A DNA stretch of 64,000 nucleotides, from NCBI GenBank assembly GCA_963669175.1, contig OY769902.1:4128001-4192000 (forward strand). The letters run 5' to 3'. The notes below the pieces were generated by a model. It did not search any database. It was given only the letters and a program-made list of their open reading frames with translations, and was not told where the DNA came from. A program made the position numbers and the translations under genes. The stretch comes from a bacterium. Lineage in GTDB: Bacteria > Electryoneota > Electryoneia > Electryoneales > Electryoneaceae. This document shows, one piece after another, positions 62,401-64,000 of this stretch (position 1 is the first letter of the stretch; every line of letters starts with the position of its first letter).

Positions 62401-62647
62401 GGAGCGTGTCGCCTCCGGGGACGATCAGGGTGTCGGTAACGAGATAGGGAGAGCCGTCCGTGTCCCACACGCCGGATACTTCACCTGAGACGAACGTCTC
62501 CGCGAGCAGGGTACTGACTGACAACACGAGGGTGAACATCAGACAGAGAAGGCGGGGAAAGCAGCTCCATCTGATCTCTTGTAGGCCGTTCCTAAGCACG
62601 TGAGCTGTATAACGCTTTCGTGCATACGTGTGACTCATTACAAACAT
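59447..62647 (-). CDS. Secreted tandem beta-helix protein with T9SS type A sorting domain
   Basis: Two SGE(V/I)SG..SP(Y/F)..L.IEPG modules, two SP.IDAG.P..D.DG.R.DIG motifs, C-terminal PYPNPFN..LASGMYI..KAILLK; exact start uncertain. Confidence 0.87.
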   Translation of the reverse strand: MFVMSHTYARKRYTAHVLRNGLQEIRWSCFPRLLCLMFTLVLSVSTLLAETFVSGEVSGVWDTDGSPYLVTDTLIVPGGDTLLIEPGVIVEFQDQTDSLKYPVIVLGALLANGALGDSILFVSEDFAFGGFRAPMDSEDSRIEMSYCVVDSVQWGFDLYYGSTHLQHSRVVASYRFFKSEFNTDSIEYCYFNSILPDSGFPLMNISLLYGEDYTFINNTAPLGNVALNGNSNPVHHNFLGQLSVRSDTTIIHDNQFYNCSTIPPLAQTSHVDFYNNQVRLEDSVNIARCVTFRESEAMVHNNTFPNLLAHDSSVNIFDNIIISDRTPHHATIVLNTCTGTVHRNVISGDAYADNFRLDLGGNITVSNNTIKVNGDRGIWLRTDVETTIENNIFLGDGGSCTAIERSVNGLQPASISYNSFYEFEEITGDVELDEGNLFENPFLAGGDPFDYTLQANSPCIDAGDPDSDDDPDGTRADIGCFYYDQSIDNPPVQTIPEEVFAQTGLPLRIQITATDDNGPFSFTFPDLPEWLSEEDELDWVGDTTAVSGIVPEDAEDFSFTVIVEDGEGQTDSSIVTVDVDQRTLLSGEISGTLCVEDSPFYVVEDIVVPEGDSLVIEPGCELQFRYVEDEEQQIGIDCYGTLIAEGMVGDSIRFTMDNEEAVIGGWAGIKVVGNGDTSRVMYTVFAYGQSCIITDSLAIINIANSCFIQCELYTLDINSNSTISIIQCRFFTDVDRPFRFIYGRNSFISIDSCIFIDVEMETFGSSGITVEYSELYISNSHFYRAKGISLNYESVGHIRNNYFYGVGVSESNNSSLTIENNIFYAAERIIENALVFSSPTDIARNNVFIEHDRAVRFFDNSGGSFFPVIMNNIFQDCSIGIQNNEDLNRNFLVQYNCFWSNDTLAVSCPLDSTNLFVNPGFADSLCHLYEDSPLIDAGHPDSSFFDLDGTRNDIGRWGGPYGELYEYPDWIKEAKSDLPTEFQVFSPYPNPFNSFVTVSYAIPSVIDVDIRIYNLVGQTVLALPSSRQLAGKHSITFEAASLASGMYIIEIKAGKEVERQKAILLK

Positions 62648-63208
62648 GTCTCCTCCATAGGATGAGGATTATTAACTTAGTGATAGAGTCTGTGAAACGC
62701 AATCCCATGCTATGTATCGAAAAAAAAAAGATTTAGAAGTATAGATGTAAAGAAAGTAAAAAAACGAAAAAAAGGTAAAGAAGGAAACAGGACGCTGAAA
62801 AAATACAACCTTATATCATTCAATTATTTCCCTATCCTGATCATCGTTCACAATTCTGCACATCCTGTGAATCATTCAGAAGTTGTAAAGTTGTTGTTCG
62901 TTGTGTTTTGGCTATTCACGAGCACTGCGAGATCCCCGTCCCCGACTACACCATTCGGGGACAGACTCTGCGCTGGGGATGACATATGGAAGTGAAAAAT
63001 TGAAAAAGGAACAGCATCTCGCATGGCCCGATTTGCAGGGTGTGCTGGTGGACATGATCACAATGACAACAACACTCGCTACTCTTGCCCTCATGATCCT
63101 GCAATGAGCAAGTCGGGAATGGGAAATTGCTGGCGAGGATAGAGATCGGAGAAACGTTGCGAACAGGGTTGTTAGCAGCACTACAAACTGCAAAGCAAAG
63201 CTCGGATG

Positions 63209-64000
63209 CTAAGGGATTTGCTGCGCGGTCGTGTCTGTAGGTTCCAGCACCAGTTCAAGAATGCGTCGACTGTTAAAGGAACCGATGTGGGCGGCATCGT
63301 GGAAATCTTCGTTACGGCCTCCGAACTTCTCCGGGACTGAGAAATCGTAGAACCAGTACCCCTTTGCCTGGATATGCGACATTCGTTCGATCAGCGAAGT
63401 CTGCAGGCTGTCGAACTGTGTCCCCTCTGCCAGGAAAGCCTGCAATTCAGGATGAAGCGGGGTGATGAAGACACTGAGCCTGATGTTGTTGGCTGCGCAG
63501 AGATCGATCAGACGGTCCAGGTAGGAAAGGCGTGTTGAATCAAGTGCGGTAAAAGGCGCCAACATGGGCATATATTCCTTTTTAACACTCTCGATAAGAT
63601 TCTGGGTAATGGTACAGGCCGGCAAGGGTGTTGTCACCAGGTTGCCGTTTTCCACCACCATCTGCGAGTTTTTCCCTTTATTGATCCCCTTCAGGGAATA
63701 AACAAGCGAGCGTAATCCCATCCGGCAGTAAACCTGGACAATTCTCGCTGTCTGATCCTTTATCCCCGCACGATCTTTTTCATCCAGGTAACGGTTCAGA
63801 TTTGGCGTCGCCAATAGACGCCAATCCATATCACGTGTATTGTGCAGCATATCCGGATCAAGACCGAGTATTACGTGCTTGATAGGGATATTGTTGTGAT
63901 CCAGCAAAAAACGCATAATGCAGTATTCATCTTCCATGCGGCTGTTGAAGATGAAGAAATTGTAGCATGAATAGCCCAGGGAATCAGCGACTTTGGCATC
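63209..64000 (-). CDS. SGNH-like / DUF1574-like hypothetical protein, 5'-truncated
   Basis: The frame stays open to the window end (DAKVADSLGYSCYNF..); VILGLD, VFITPLHP and FHDAAH (DxxH) motifs. Confidence 0.6.
   Translation of the reverse strand, partial: DAKVADSLGYSCYNFFIFNSRMEDEYCIMRFLLDHNNIPIKHVILGLDPDMLHNTRDMDWRLLATPNLNRYLDEKDRAGIKDQTARIVQVYCRMGLRSLVYSLKGINKGKNSQMVVENGNLVTTPLPACTITQNLIESVKKEYMPMLAPFTALDSTRLSYLDRLIDLCAANNIRLSVFITPLHPELQAFLAEGTQFDSLQTSLIERMSHIQAKGYWFYDFSVPEKFGGRNEDFHDAAHIGSFNSRRILELVLEPTDTTAQQIP

Noticed and set aside
56316-62647. Diversity-generating retroelement targeting the T9SS proteins
   Set aside because: No reverse transcriptase and no template/variable repeat pair differing at adenines were seen.

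Overview
A 64-kb bacterial window, probably from an anaerobic or facultative FCB-group organism. This is inferred from T9SS-type C-terminal sorting domains, a TonB-dependent receptor, PFOR and Hdr-like genes. The standout is a tightly coupled operon at about 10.3-19.5 kb. It encodes an apparent FliF(ring domain)-FliG fusion, a MotA/MotB stator with Na+-type signatures, a large FG-GAP/Ig-repeat surface protein with a type-B T9SS (gliding-associated) CTD, and a PorP/SprF/PorV-like barrel. No other flagellar gene is in the window, so this may be a minimal flagellum-derived rotary motor coupled to a surface adhesin. Just upstream, a 1350-aa TPR protein carries about 17 copies of a FliM/CheZ-like CheY-binding motif (SQDDIDALL). 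The window also holds a MacA/MacB-permease/TolC exporter, coaE, an AT-rich DUF433/PIN toxin-antitoxin pair, nifJ, an HdrCB plus fumarate-reductase-like operon, three orphan Cys-motif histidine kinases and a biotin carboxylase/BCCP pair. Further on are a Tat-signal AmrS radical SAM enzyme, two SODs, OsmC, two T9SS-A beta-helix proteins, many REP-like palindromes, a ~573-bp tandem duplication and an IS110 relic. All calls come from reading motifs by eye; no database searches were run.
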